From: a bacterium
Lineage (GTDB): Bacteria; Sysuimicrobiota; Sysuimicrobiia; Sysuimicrobiales; Segetimicrobiaceae
Assembly: GCA_035934535.1 (NCBI GenBank)
Contig: DASYXS010000165.1
Span: 36 to 64,035, forward strand
Length of the DNA: 64,000 nt
Direction of reading: 5' to 3'
The notes under the pieces are model-generated. The model was not told the origin of the DNA, did not search any database, and was given only the letters and a program-made list of their open reading frames with translations. This document shows, one piece after another, positions 63,517 through 64,000 of the stretch. Made by a program: the position numbers and the translations under genes. How positions within the stretch are numbered: position 1 is the stretch's first letter; every line of letters starts with the position of its first letter.

Positions 63517-63559
63517 GTGCCGGCCGACCGGCGGCCGACGACCATGCTGTCCCAGCCGA
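63517..63559 (-). repeat. palindromic repeat family copy J (43-nt short form, reverse orientation), containing the priA start codon
   Basis: CGTGCCGGCCGACCGGCGGCCGACGACCATGCTGTCCCAGCCG is 33/43 identical, ungapped, to the reverse complement of 53761-53803. Its internal CCATG provides ATG 63544. Confidence 0.8.
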
Positions 63560-64000
63560 CGGGCCGCCCGCCCCACTCGCCCGAGAGCCGCACGGGCGCG
63601 GAGCTCTGCGCCGACGTCCTGGTGGCGGGCGCGGCGCGCCTTGCCGATCGCCCGCTGACGTACCGGGTTCCCGAAGCCCTGAGGCCGTTCGCCGCCGCCG
63701 GCGTGCGCGCGTTGGTGCCGCTCGGGGCGCGTCGCGTGTGGGGGTTCGTCCTGGCGGTCAGGCCGTGCGGCTCCGTGCCGGTCGCGGACGGGCATGCGAT
63801 GCGGGACGTGGTCGACCTTCCCGACTCGACGCCGATGTTTTCGGAGCCGCTCCTCCGGCTCGCGCGTGACATCGCCTCCGAGACGCTGTCCTCGCTGCGG
63901 GACGCCGTGGAGTGCCTGGTGCCGCCGGAGGTGTTCAGGCAGCCCGTGCCGTCCAGGCCGCGGATGGTGCTCCGAAATCCCGCGCGGCCGCTGCCGCCGC
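63544..64000 (+). CDS. priA: primosomal protein N' (PriA), N-terminal part; runs off the window end
   Basis: ADVLVAGAARLADRPLTYRVPEALRPFAAAGVRALVPLGARRVWGFV matches the PriA N-terminal 3'-DNA-binding domain. It lies after coaC, as in Bacillus. Confidence 0.8.
   Translation, partial: MLSQPTGRPPHSPESRTGAELCADVLVAGAARLADRPLTYRVPEALRPFAAAGVRALVPLGARRVWGFVLAVRPCGSVPVADGHAMRDVVDLPDSTPMFSEPLLRLARDIASETLSSLRDAVECLVPPEVFRQPVPSRPRMVLRNPARPLPP

Overview
This is a high-GC (roughly 70%) bacterial chromosomal segment, densely coding and almost entirely housekeeping. Gene order resembles Bacillus/Bacillota (dcw cluster; ylmD-ylmE-sepF; ileS-ylyA-lspA-rluD-pyrR; yloA-yloC-remA-...-priA).

Contents, left to right:
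- RNase P RNA.
- A redox/repair/metal block: Zn-ADH, Cof-type HAD phosphatase, LLM oxidoreductase, Fpg/Nei glycosylase, FAD reductase, MbfA-type ferritin-VIT1 fusion, alpha/beta hydrolase.
- A 5-gene putative keto-sugar/sugar-acid cluster: creatininase-family protein, ketose 3-epimerase-like protein, a second TIM-barrel isomerase, 2-hydroxyacid dehydrogenase, HpcH aldolase.
- A small Zn-ribbon protein plus a DUF5317-like membrane protein.
- A complete dcw cluster, mraZ-rsmH-ftsL-ftsI-murE-murF-mraY-murD-ftsW-murG-murC-murB-ftsQ-ftsA-ftsZ, with a 5-repeat MraZ operator.
- An M50 site-2 protease and a NatAB-like ABC exporter.
- nrdR-nrdJ, with a 390-aa LAGLIDADG intein in nrdJ.
- A lower-GC patch with a decayed O-methyltransferase and a nitroreductase.
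- fumC, a DUF1275 protein, phnDCE, and pgeF-yggS-sepF.
- mtnA plus a processive GT2.
- A T-box(Ile) leader plus ileS, then racemase, a YlyA-like protein, lspA, lgt, rluD and pyrR.
- rqcH (minus strand), then yicC-remA-(family-2 cytidylate kinase)-coaC-priA.

The most unusual signal is a family of short (about 43 nt, with 53-72 nt loop-expanded variants) GC-rich palindromic repeats.
- About 7 copies are solid and about 14 are candidates.
- Copies sit at operon junctions, where they supply C-terminal tails, stop codons or start codons.
- Two copies sit in frame inside the essential genes murG and ileS.
- This behaviour resembles Rickettsia RPEs and mycobacterial MIRUs.

Other points are genes whose conserved N-termini can only be reached from a CTG embedded in a CTGA stop/start overlap, a perfect 42-bp in-frame duplication in murF, and three promoters with a shared geometry.

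I found no CRISPR array, tRNA, rRNA, transposase or recognisable defence system. All calls rest on motif reading of the supplied sequence and ORF track. No database search was run.
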